DNA of 64,000 nt from a candidate division FCPU426 bacterium (GTDB lineage Bacteria > Oederibacteriota > JAAXVQ01 > JAUVAV01): contig DAOWGI010000002.1 in NCBI GenBank assembly GCA_030637655.1, forward strand, positions 3,122 to 67,121, given 5' to 3'. Below, one piece after another: positions 26,348-35,412 of this stretch (its first letter is position 1; every line of letters begins with the position of its first letter). Below the pieces are notes generated by a model. It ran no database searches, was not told the origin of the DNA, and saw only the letters and a program-made list of their open reading frames with translations. Position numbers and translations under genes: made by a program.

Positions 26348-26364
26348 CTACTGTACAAAAAACA

Positions 26365-26492
26365 GTAACAGGTCAGTGAACCGCGGTTAACAAAGGTTGT
26401 CATTCCCGAATGCTCTTTCTATTCCAGTAGGGGCGTTTAATTAAACGCCCCTACAAGATGACAAACCAAAAAACGCATAACTGACCTGTTAC
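26365..26492 (-). mobile_element. 128-bp MITE-like element, family B, copy 2, with a nested family-1 REP at 26427-26454
   Basis: The TIRs are GTAACAGGTCAGT and ACTGACCTGTTAC. Its left arm matches the reverse complement of 2672-2716, and its right arm matches the reverse complement of 2515-2556. Confidence 0.5.
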
Positions 26493-26634
26493 TAAAAAAA
26501 TGATAAAGTAATTGCTTTTTAAAAAGGAGATAGTGTATCATACTAAAATTGTTTATCACTTTTGCTAAGTCATCAATTTATCTGGTTTGATTTTTATGTC
26601 TCCGTGGTCTTAAAAAAAAATAAGGACCAAAGCA

Positions 26635-28503
26635 ATGGCTAATGAAGGTATTGCCGGAAATATCATAGATGATCAAAACAATCCTATATCCGGGGTGGTT
26701 GTCGCCGCCTTTGATGTTGAGGTTCACGCTGACGATGTTTTTATGGCCAATACGGTTACCGATGGTGCGGGTGACTATTCCATTAACTATTCGAAATGGT
26801 CGTATGGTATTGAACACCGGCCGGATATTCGGCTTCGTGTTTATGACTGGGTTGGCCGCTTGCTTTATGAATCCCCGGAATATCCCGATGTTAATGATAA
26901 CATCTTCAATGCTCCGCAGATTACCATCTCCAGAAAAGATTTGACTGGCTGGCTGGTCACGTTAAAGCAAGGCGCCCCCGCCTTGCTTTCTCAAAATAAT
27001 TATGTGCAACCCCTCATTGACAACAAAGTAGCCTGGGAAGAATTGACCAATGCTGTGAAAACCGCGGTCCAGTATATCAATTGTGCACAACTTTATTTTG
27101 ATGTTAAAAAAGTGTATACCAAATTTTCCGCCCCACCCCAACCAGGGCAAACAGTTCAGGGCGAGCGTTTGGAAGATGAGATGTACGAAGCGAATCATAC
27201 CCGCAATGCGGCTGTCAAATTAATCATCAGTGATATTAAGGGTCTGCCTTACCCGCTGGATACAGCCGGGCACGTACAGGATTATTTCAACGACAAGTCC
27301 GGTCATAGTATGGAATTTAAACGCTATCGTGTCAGTTATAATCAAGCCATGCATGCGAAATTTACTGTGATTGACGGCAAAGTAGTCAATATGAATGCTT
27401 CGCCGATTATGCAGGAATATTTTGACGATCAGACCCATGCCATTGATGATCCACGCCGGGGTGCGTTGGCCATGGGCAATGTGATCAAAGTTCCGATTCA
27501 TGATGTCAGCGTTTTAATGAAAGGTCCTGTGGTTGACCATATGAATCAGACCTTCAAATTGCTTTGGGAAAAAGCAGGCGGCGCGGCGTATACACCGCCT
27601 GCACATGTTCCGCCTGCCGGCCAGGCCACGCATTCCGTACAGATTGTAAGAACCCTTCCCGGGAATTCGTTTGCTTCGATACCCCAAGGTGAACTCGGGA
27701 TTTTGGAAGCCTACCAACGCGCGATCGCCCAGGCGGAAGACTTTATTTATATTGAAAACCAATATATTACCGAAAAAATAGTGATGCGCTCACTTTCGCG
27801 TGCACTGGGTCAAAAACCGGGTTTGCAAGTTATTATCCTGGTTAATAATAAAGTAGACGCTATCCCTTACTATAAATGGCAAAAACGGTGGTTTAACCAA
27901 CTCATCAAAGAAGCAGAACAAAAGAATGCCCGTGATCGCTTGGGGATTTATACGCTTTGGACGCATGAACCCAATCCCCATAATCGCATTATTCGCAATT
28001 ATGTTCATTCTAAAGTGGCTATTGTGGATAACAAATGGGTGACCATAGGCAGCGCTAATCTTGATGGTCAGGGACTTTTTGTCAGCCAACATGTGCTGTG
28101 GTACTATTCGCAGGATGACAAGTTGGAGGAACGTGCGATAGAACTCAATGCAGTTGTTTATAATAATATCGACGGGGAAGCGGCAAGCAATGTACCGGAT
28201 GAATTGCGCAGGGAATTGTGGAAAGAACACCTTGGTTTAAACAGTGTTACAGATCCTGAGATTGTCAACAAGCCGCCGGGCGGATGGCTCACAGTTTGGC
28301 AGCAAAAAGCTGAACAAAAATTGAACGGTTTAAAAGCGAATCCACCACAAGGTCATGCTTCCAAAATACTGGAATGGCGGGAACCCAAAGATTCGGAAAA
28401 ATACCTCGAAGCTTTGGGTGTTTCCAGGGAATCGTTGAAAAAATTAAAAATTGAAGAAAAAATAAAGTCCTTTAGTTTCAGTGAAAAGAAATGGGTGTCA
28501 TAG
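26635..28503 (+). CDS. phospholipase D-superfamily protein with two HKD motifs and an N-terminal carboxypeptidase-regulatory/transthyretin-like beta-sandwich
   Basis: HKD-1 is HAKFTVIDGKVVNMNASPI (from 27352). HKD-2 is HSKVAIVDNKWVTIGSANLD (from 28006). The N-terminus is GIAGNIIDDQNNPISGVVVAAFDVE...TVTDGAGDYSINY. There is no signal peptide. Confidence 0.85.
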   Translation: MANEGIAGNIIDDQNNPISGVVVAAFDVEVHADDVFMANTVTDGAGDYSINYSKWSYGIEHRPDIRLRVYDWVGRLLYESPEYPDVNDNIFNAPQITISRKDLTGWLVTLKQGAPALLSQNNYVQPLIDNKVAWEELTNAVKTAVQYINCAQLYFDVKKVYTKFSAPPQPGQTVQGERLEDEMYEANHTRNAAVKLIISDIKGLPYPLDTAGHVQDYFNDKSGHSMEFKRYRVSYNQAMHAKFTVIDGKVVNMNASPIMQEYFDDQTHAIDDPRRGALAMGNVIKVPIHDVSVLMKGPVVDHMNQTFKLLWEKAGGAAYTPPAHVPPAGQATHSVQIVRTLPGNSFASIPQGELGILEAYQRAIAQAEDFIYIENQYITEKIVMRSLSRALGQKPGLQVIILVNNKVDAIPYYKWQKRWFNQLIKEAEQKNARDRLGIYTLWTHEPNPHNRIIRNYVHSKVAIVDNKWVTIGSANLDGQGLFVSQHVLWYYSQDDKLEERAIELNAVVYNNIDGEAASNVPDELRRELWKEHLGLNSVTDPEIVNKPPGGWLTVWQQKAEQKLNGLKANPPQGHASKILEWREPKDSEKYLEALGVSRESLKKLKIEEKIKSFSFSEKKWVS

Positions 28504-28552
28504 CAGATCAACGCGTCTGATGGTACGAAGCACATCTTTTGAGGAAACGAAT

Positions 28553-31500
28553 ATGAGTAAAAATACTTTGCAAATATTTTCCACGGAATTGGGCAAATTG
28601 CTTTTTCCTCTACAGCAGGGATTTTCCAGTATTGCTGAAGCGAAAGCCTTGGTTGAAGCTTTGGGCTGGCAACTGCCTCCGGGTGTGGATGATCTGCAAT
28701 TAACTGCCATCAATGTTGGGGATGTTGTCGAAAAACTTAAAGCGATTTTGGATTCCACGTCAGCTGAAAAAGAAGATGACCTGTTAATGGCTACTCGTTA
28801 CGGCGAGTTGTTGGTAGCCATAACCGAACTTATCAGTGGCATCAAAACGGCCATGAATACGTTTTCCAATTTGCCTGGATTAACGGTTGATTATCTTAAT
28901 ACCACACAGCTTCACCAAAAATTTTTTATCCGTCTAATTGATTTATTAATTATTAGATACTTTGAGCGGAATTTTTACTGGTTCTTTTCTTCCCTGCAAT
29001 TGATCGGTGTATTTGAACTGGAGGCCAAAGCAGAGGAGCCGGCGCTCTTTCAGAGCGAACACACCCGGTATACCATTTTCTATGACCGCCTCCCCCGCAT
29101 CTTCACAGAGCCAGCTGAAGTCTTTGCAGAAGTGTATGGCTGGGGCAATGCAAATTATGATCCGCAAAAATTATTAAATAATTTGGGTCTGTTTTTCCAA
29201 TCTTTTGGCGGGCAATACCGACTGGGAAGACTTATCCGTAAAGCGGAAGAACAGTTTTTGGCCAGGCAAGTGCCGGAAGCAGATGCTGATCCCATGCCCA
29301 TGATGTCCATGAGTCTGTTACAGGGATTGGCTTGGGATGATTTGGATGTGGGATTGAATTTCTTTGGCCTTCGGTCTTCTGCGCCCGGAGGAAATGACGG
29401 GGGTTTAGGCTTAGTACCGTATATAAAAGGAACTCCGGAAATTAGTTTTCAATTAATGGAGAATCTGTTTTTGGAAATTGAGACCACGTTGGATATTCAA
29501 GGTGGCCTCGCCCTGTTTTTAAGACCAGGACAAGGTTTGCAACTTAAGTCCGGGTTGCTGGGTCAGGGTACCGGAAGTGCATTGGCGAGCGGTAAACTGA
29601 TGTTTGAAATTCGTCTGGGATCTGATGAGAGTGAGCCTGTGGGATTATTGGGTATTCCGGGTGGTTCAGGACTCTATGCTCAAAAACTATTTATGAAATC
29701 GGGTGCTGGTGTCAGTGACTCGCGGGATTTGGATATTATTATTGAAGGCGGGATTGCCGGTGGAAAAATAATTTTAACTGCCGGTGAAGGCGATGGATTC
29801 CTGCAAAAAGTTCTTCCCGGCGATCCCATGGAAATAGAATTTGATCTAACCATAGGCGTTTCCAGCCAAAAAGGTTTTTATATCAAAGGCGGGGCCGGGC
29901 TAGCGTATACATTTCATATTAATAAGCAGATTGGGCCTATACTAATTAATTCTATTGATCTGGGTTTAAAGGCTCAGGAGCAAAATTTGAAACTATCTAC
30001 CGGCCTAACCGGCGGAGTGGAACTGGGTCCCTTGACCGCGGTGGTACAGAACATGGGAATGACCGCGACCTTTACTTTTGGTGAATCCGGAAATCTGGGT
30101 AATGCAGACCTCTCCCTGGGCTTCAAACCCCCGGATGGTATAGGTCTATCTATTGACGCAGAGGGCATTACAGGCGGAGGATTTTTATCATTTGATTTTG
30201 AGAACGAGCGCTATGCCGGTGCTTTAGAACTCTCTTTTCAGGATTCTTTCTCCTTGTCTGCGGTTGGTCTGATAACCACCCGCATGCCGGATGGCTCTAA
30301 AGGTTTCTCTCTGCTGATTATTATTACCGCGGAATTTGCTACGCCCATTGCCTTGGGTATGAATTTTTATCTGGCCGGCGTGGGCGGTCTGCTCGGTTTG
30401 CACCGCAGTGTCCACGTAGACAACCTGCGGGCCGGCGTGAAATCAAATGCCCTGGATAATATTCTTTTTCCGACTGATGTCGTAAAAAACATCACCAATA
30501 TTATCAGTGACCTGCGCGCTATCTTTCCTCCGACCAAAGACCAATTTATTATCGGTCCCATGATTCTCATTACTTGGAGCACTCCGCCGCTGATCCGTGG
30601 GGAGCTCGGTCTGCTAATTGAATTTGTCAATCCACTACGCGTGGCGATACTCGGTGTGATCAAGGCCTGCATTCCGACGGAAGAAGAGGCACTGGTGAAG
30701 ATTCAGGTCAATTTCCTGGGTCTGATTGATTTTGAAGCCGGGTATCTCTCTTTTGATGCCACCATTTATGATTCCTATATTGGCTATAAAAGCCTGAAGT
30801 TCAGTCTGGCCGGGGATATGGCCCTGAGAATCAGCTGGGGAGAGAAGAAGGACTTTGTCTTGAGTGTGGGCGGGTTTCATCCAGCGTTCAGTCCTCCTGC
30901 CTATCTAAAATTGTTCGGCATGAAGCGCCTTACCATCAGCCTGCTCAAGGATAATCCCAAACTCACGTTGACTACCTACTTCGCGATCACCAGCAACACC
31001 GTGCAGTTTGGATCAGAGCTGGATTTTTATTTTAAAATTTCCAAATTCAAGGTGATTGGATATTTTGGGTTTGACGTCTTGTTTCAATTTTCGCCCTTTA
31101 AATTCATTGCTGAGATCCGGGCCGGCTTGGCTGTGAAACTTGGCAGCTCGACCTTGTTCGGAATAGAATTGAAATTCGAGTTATCCGGTCCGACTCCCTG
31201 GCGCGCCAAAGGCACGGGCAAATTCAAAATTCTTTTTATATCGTTTAAGGTCAAATTCGATAAAACCTTTGGCGAAAAAAAATCCCTGCCCCTGCCCGGC
31301 ATTGAGGTTCTGCCCCTGGTCATGGAGGCTCTGGAGAATCATGAGAATTGGGAAGGCAGCATACCAGCCAATAAGTTTCTGCTGGTGAGTCTGGGCAAAG
31401 CAGTGGTCTCAGAGGGTGAGGTACTCATGCATGCGCACGGGACCCTGACCATTCATCAAAACATTCTGCCCCTGAATACCATAATAGATTTATTCGGCAA

Positions 31501-32104
31501 CTATGTTCCCCAAGATCTCAAAAAGCTCGTCATCGAAGAGATCCGGATAAGTGATGAGCAGGTAGATATTGATCCGGTGAAAGACATGTTTGCGCCGGCT
31601 ACGTATAAAAATATGGAAGATAATGATAAATTGAGATCAGCTTCCTATGTAAAGATGGAAAACGGCGTGCAAGCCAAAGGTGGAGATGACCTCTTTGGCA
31701 GTTACAGCACGATCCGCGAGGTAGAGTATGAGCTGATTGTTTCCGACTACTCGCCCGCAGATGAGAACGATGAAACCATTTGTGCGCCGGTTCATGTAGG
31801 ACGAATCAGCGGGAAGAAAAATCTCTTCGAACCCTATATCCAAGGCGGCGCGGTGGGACAGAACGTGTTGTCGCAGAGGCTGGCCCGTAAAAACATCCAA
31901 CTGGATGAGAAGAAGATCATCCTGGGCGAGGAAGAGTACTTAATCGTAAACTCCGGAACCTTGCAGCCCTATCAGGGGGATCAAGGTGTGGTTTTGGGGA
32001 ATAAAACCGAGGTGGTCGAGGCGCTCAAAGCCATCCTGTCTAAACATCCGGAGAAAACCGAGGAGCTGCAGGTTGTGGCTTCCTATCAAGCAGCAGAGGA
32101 ATAG
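28553..32104 (+). CDS. 1183-aa hypothetical protein (component B of the giant operon)
   Basis: I chose ATG 28553 (GAGGAAACGAAT upstream); the track ORF begins at 28481, overlapping the PLD gene. The N-terminus looks helical, the central region is Gly-rich, and a hydrophobic block lies at about 30302-30400. I recognise no enzymatic motif. Confidence 0.75.
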   Translation: MSKNTLQIFSTELGKLLFPLQQGFSSIAEAKALVEALGWQLPPGVDDLQLTAINVGDVVEKLKAILDSTSAEKEDDLLMATRYGELLVAITELISGIKTAMNTFSNLPGLTVDYLNTTQLHQKFFIRLIDLLIIRYFERNFYWFFSSLQLIGVFELEAKAEEPALFQSEHTRYTIFYDRLPRIFTEPAEVFAEVYGWGNANYDPQKLLNNLGLFFQSFGGQYRLGRLIRKAEEQFLARQVPEADADPMPMMSMSLLQGLAWDDLDVGLNFFGLRSSAPGGNDGGLGLVPYIKGTPEISFQLMENLFLEIETTLDIQGGLALFLRPGQGLQLKSGLLGQGTGSALASGKLMFEIRLGSDESEPVGLLGIPGGSGLYAQKLFMKSGAGVSDSRDLDIIIEGGIAGGKIILTAGEGDGFLQKVLPGDPMEIEFDLTIGVSSQKGFYIKGGAGLAYTFHINKQIGPILINSIDLGLKAQEQNLKLSTGLTGGVELGPLTAVVQNMGMTATFTFGESGNLGNADLSLGFKPPDGIGLSIDAEGITGGGFLSFDFENERYAGALELSFQDSFSLSAVGLITTRMPDGSKGFSLLIIITAEFATPIALGMNFYLAGVGGLLGLHRSVHVDNLRAGVKSNALDNILFPTDVVKNITNIISDLRAIFPPTKDQFIIGPMILITWSTPPLIRGELGLLIEFVNPLRVAILGVIKACIPTEEEALVKIQVNFLGLIDFEAGYLSFDATIYDSYIGYKSLKFSLAGDMALRISWGEKKDFVLSVGGFHPAFSPPAYLKLFGMKRLTISLLKDNPKLTLTTYFAITSNTVQFGSELDFYFKISKFKVIGYFGFDVLFQFSPFKFIAEIRAGLAVKLGSSTLFGIELKFELSGPTPWRAKGTGKFKILFISFKVKFDKTFGEKKSLPLPGIEVLPLVMEALENHENWEGSIPANKFLLVSLGKAVVSEGEVLMHAHGTLTIHQNILPLNTIIDLFGNYVPQDLKKLVIEEIRISDEQVDIDPVKDMFAPATYKNMEDNDKLRSASYVKMENGVQAKGGDDLFGSYSTIREVEYELIVSDYSPADENDETICAPVHVGRISGKKNLFEPYIQGGAVGQNVLSQRLARKNIQLDEKKIILGEEEYLIVNSGTLQPYQGDQGVVLGNKTEVVEALKAILSKHPEKTEELQVVASYQAAEE

Positions 32105-32107
32105 TCT

Positions 32108-35100
32108 ATGAGTGAACCGGCCCGATATACTTTTATGCCCTGGTTGCGACAGGGAATAGCTGCCAAGATCCGTGAGAAAGATGTCTTAGGTGGGCAGTTG
32201 CCTGGTAATGCGTCCAGACTACGAGCTTCCTTGCCTGTGACTCTAAAGCTGAAGGACACGAATATAAAAGATGGCAGCACAGATACAACACTGATGGAAA
32301 AGGATATCAAGATTATAGGTCCAGGCGATATTGTGGGCATCCATAAAGACGCGATTGTGCGTACTGAACCCAAAAAAAACGAGGTCAAATTTGAGGCCAA
32401 TTGTCTGGCCTATATAGAATTTTATGAGGAAGATTTTATCTGGCGTTACACACCTGCCAGTCCGGAAATATCAGGCAGTCAAGCGCACAAACTGCGCCCC
32501 TGGCTGGCCCTGATCATCTTAACGGAAGATGAGTTTACTTATCAAACCAATCTGGAAGGATTGTCCTTTATCACGGTCCAAGATGGCAAGCTGGATACAG
32601 TTTTTCCTCCGCACACTCAAACCTGGGCCTGGGCGCATGTGCAGGTGAACCAGGAACTCACGCAACCGGCGGGGAGCGAGGCCTTGATTGAAGAATTATC
32701 CTCCTTGCTCATGCAAAATCCGGATGCAGCGGTCTGCCGTCTGCTCTGTCCACGAAAAATGAAAAAAGAGACAGCGTATCACGCTTTTTTGGTCCCGGCT
32801 TTTGAGACCGGACGTCTGGCTGGTTTGGGGGAACCTATACCTGATATAGCGGCACAAGAACCTGCCTGGAAGACCGGGGAAGCGCCGGCTGCGGGTAAAA
32901 AACGGCCTTATGATTTTCCGGTTTATCATGAGTGGAAATTCAAGACCGGATTGTATGGTGATTTCGAGAGTCTGGTTTCAATACTGAAATCGAATCCTTT
33001 GGATCCTGAGCTTGGCAAGAGACCGATGGATATTCAGAAACCAGGATACGGGCTCAATGAAAATGTCAGCCCTGCTTTGAATTCGGTTAATTTAGGTCTG
33101 GAAGGCTCCATCAAACCGCCGGATTTCGTGAGTGACCCTTGGCCGCATGGATCGGGTGATGACAAATACCAGCAGCAGCTCAGGGATATTTTGAATGTTC
33201 CGGAAAATATGCAGGCCGAGAGTTACGATCCTGAGGATCTTCCGGATAATCCTTTTTATAATGAACCCATACCCGATGATCCGATCATTATGCCGCCGAT
33301 TTACGGCAAGAACCAGGCTGCCATACGATGCCTGGGAGATGCGGGCAACCCCGCCTGGGTGGATGCGCTCAATGAGGACCCGCGCACCCGCGCTGTTGCC
33401 GGCTTGGGCGCGCAGGTGGTACAGAAAAACCAGGACAAACTTATGGAATCAGCCTGGCAGCAGATCGGTGAAGTCAATGCGGCCAATCAAAAAATCCGTG
33501 AAGCCGAATTGAGCCGACAGGTGAATCGCGCACTTTTCAATAAGCATCTTAAAAACAGATCGAGCGATACGTTCCTGGCTGCCACTTCTGCGATGCACAA
33601 ATCCTTGCTCCCGGATACAGGGACGGATGCCAAGACAGTACAGCATGCGATCGAGACAAGTCAGGTCCCTCCGGCTGCCAAGAGTGCCGGTTTTCGCCGG
33701 ATCATCCGTCCTGGGAAAAAAAGCAACAGACGTATGAACGAGAGCAGCCAGAACGATATTCGTATTCATAAGCAGGTGATACCGAATTTTAACCGTGAAC
33801 GTGACGAGGCCACAGGTCAGGAACCTTTGACAGCTGCCCGACCCAAAGTGGTTCCGGACATGGTTTTAAATACAGAAGCCATTCACGAGGATATCAATCA
33901 GGCCTTGAATGATTTCCAGGAGCCCAAAAGTTTGGCGATGCATACGTTTTTAGAAATTTTAGCGGCCCTGCGGCAGCCTGCGCTGGATCGGCCCCAATTA
34001 CTCCAGGCGCTTAGTGAGAGAGCGTTAGATAATGCTGCAGCCATTACCTATGTGGAACAGATGATCAACCAGGTTGAAAATTACAGGGTAGATGAAGGTA
34101 TTACTGAGGTGCGTTTGTCCAAAGTTTTGTTTAAAGAACTCTGCGGAGACTACATGACCGGAAAATCCCACGACTGGGTTTTGGTCTACCGGTCATTAGA
34201 TAGCGGAGAAGAAGAACATGTCACTCGGATGATTACTCTGGAAGAATTACAGACGTATCAGGCGGTGTTTACTGATTTCTCAGGCATGATCCGGAGTACG
34301 CAGAGCTTGCCCCAGGTCTTGCCGCCTTTGGCGGTCCTGGATCAATTCTCCAACTCTCTGAAAAATAGTCTGGATCCGCTTTATACCATAACCAAACGGG
34401 TGACACATGCAATCAAGGTCTGGTCTCAAGCGCAGCAAAAATTTGTCCGCCTTCAGACGCTCAAACCAGTGATGGCGCATCCCACCTTTCCTCAACCCAT
34501 GTTTCATCATCTGAAAAAATTGTCCCAGGAATTTATTTTGCCCAATATGAACAAAATTCCTCAGAACACACTGCTGCTTTTGGAGAGCAATCAAAAATTT
34601 ATTGAGGCGTATCTGGCAGGTGTAAACCATGAGATGGCCCGGGAACTTCTCTGGCGCGAGTATCCCACAGATCAGCGGGGCACATACTTTGAAAAGTTCT
34701 GGGACACCAAGGATAACATCGTCGCTTTGGACGAGTCGCAGAAAAAAGACATCCTTCCCATGCATAAATGGAAAACGGATTTAGGTACACACTCACCGCG
34801 TTCAGGTAATTACCTGGTGCTGCTCATTCGCGGAGAATTGTTTCAGAAATACCCTAACACGATTGTGTATGCACAGCGCGCCGCGTTTGCTGCGGATCTC
34901 CAGGCTCCCCGTCAATTGGCTGAGACTGAGGATCTGACCAATACCTCGATTTACCGCTTTCCGGTGTTCCAGGGCAGTCTGGATACGGATGTGGTTTTGT
35001 TCGGGTTTGATCTGGATAAACACGAGGCCCGCGGCAACCGCGCGGACAATCCCGGCTGGTTCTTTATCTTAAAAGAACGTCCTGGTGAACTACGGTTCGG

Positions 35101-35368
35101 TATGGATGATGTGGCGATTGATAGGAGCACAGGTGAGATTGTATTTCCTGCGGATCCGGCAGGGTCCTGGAGCGATCTGAATTGGGCGCATCTCGTGAAT
35201 GATGCAGCTGCCATGGACGCGCTTGGGCAGATAGATTTGCAGCAACCCATTCGATTGACAGGTAATCTTATCACTGAGTGGCAGAACGCGAACGCGGCCA
35301 ATTTCGCGAGTATTTTATTTCAGAATCCAGTGATTTTTGCACGGCACGCGCAGGAGATGCTGCCGTAA
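32108..35368 (+). CDS. 1086-aa hypothetical protein (component C)
   Basis: It starts 3 nt after the stop of B, with AGAGGA upstream. N-terminal strings include YTFMPWLRQG, IIGPGDIVGI, EFYEEDFIWRYTP and LRPWLALIILTEDEF. I cannot name any motif. Confidence 0.75.
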   Translation: MSEPARYTFMPWLRQGIAAKIREKDVLGGQLPGNASRLRASLPVTLKLKDTNIKDGSTDTTLMEKDIKIIGPGDIVGIHKDAIVRTEPKKNEVKFEANCLAYIEFYEEDFIWRYTPASPEISGSQAHKLRPWLALIILTEDEFTYQTNLEGLSFITVQDGKLDTVFPPHTQTWAWAHVQVNQELTQPAGSEALIEELSSLLMQNPDAAVCRLLCPRKMKKETAYHAFLVPAFETGRLAGLGEPIPDIAAQEPAWKTGEAPAAGKKRPYDFPVYHEWKFKTGLYGDFESLVSILKSNPLDPELGKRPMDIQKPGYGLNENVSPALNSVNLGLEGSIKPPDFVSDPWPHGSGDDKYQQQLRDILNVPENMQAESYDPEDLPDNPFYNEPIPDDPIIMPPIYGKNQAAIRCLGDAGNPAWVDALNEDPRTRAVAGLGAQVVQKNQDKLMESAWQQIGEVNAANQKIREAELSRQVNRALFNKHLKNRSSDTFLAATSAMHKSLLPDTGTDAKTVQHAIETSQVPPAAKSAGFRRIIRPGKKSNRRMNESSQNDIRIHKQVIPNFNRERDEATGQEPLTAARPKVVPDMVLNTEAIHEDINQALNDFQEPKSLAMHTFLEILAALRQPALDRPQLLQALSERALDNAAAITYVEQMINQVENYRVDEGITEVRLSKVLFKELCGDYMTGKSHDWVLVYRSLDSGEEEHVTRMITLEELQTYQAVFTDFSGMIRSTQSLPQVLPPLAVLDQFSNSLKNSLDPLYTITKRVTHAIKVWSQAQQKFVRLQTLKPVMAHPTFPQPMFHHLKKLSQEFILPNMNKIPQNTLLLLESNQKFIEAYLAGVNHEMARELLWREYPTDQRGTYFEKFWDTKDNIVALDESQKKDILPMHKWKTDLGTHSPRSGNYLVLLIRGELFQKYPNTIVYAQRAAFAADLQAPRQLAETEDLTNTSIYRFPVFQGSLDTDVVLFGFDLDKHEARGNRADNPGWFFILKERPGELRFGMDDVAIDRSTGEIVFPADPAGSWSDLNWAHLVNDAAAMDALGQIDLQQPIRLTGNLITEWQNANAANFASILFQNPVIFARHAQEMLP

Positions 35369-35412
35369 AAATAATAGGGGGCGATCCGGTGGGTTGTCCT
35401 TATTAAGGCAGG

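Noticed and set aside
28481-28552. The upstream ATG (28481) given in the ORF track as the start of component B, overlapping the PLD gene by 23 nt.
   Set aside because: The first 24 residues (MKRNGCHSRSTRLMVRSTSFEETN) look non-native and lack an RBS. ATG 28553 has GAGGAAACGAAT upstream. The choice remains uncertain.
34145-34168. GDYMTGKS in component C matches the Walker A regular expression G-x4-G-K-[ST].
   Set aside because: It is not preceded by the hydrophobic beta-strand typical of P-loops, and I found no matching Walker B (hhhhD/E) or other NTPase motifs. I treat it as a chance match until a profile search says otherwise.
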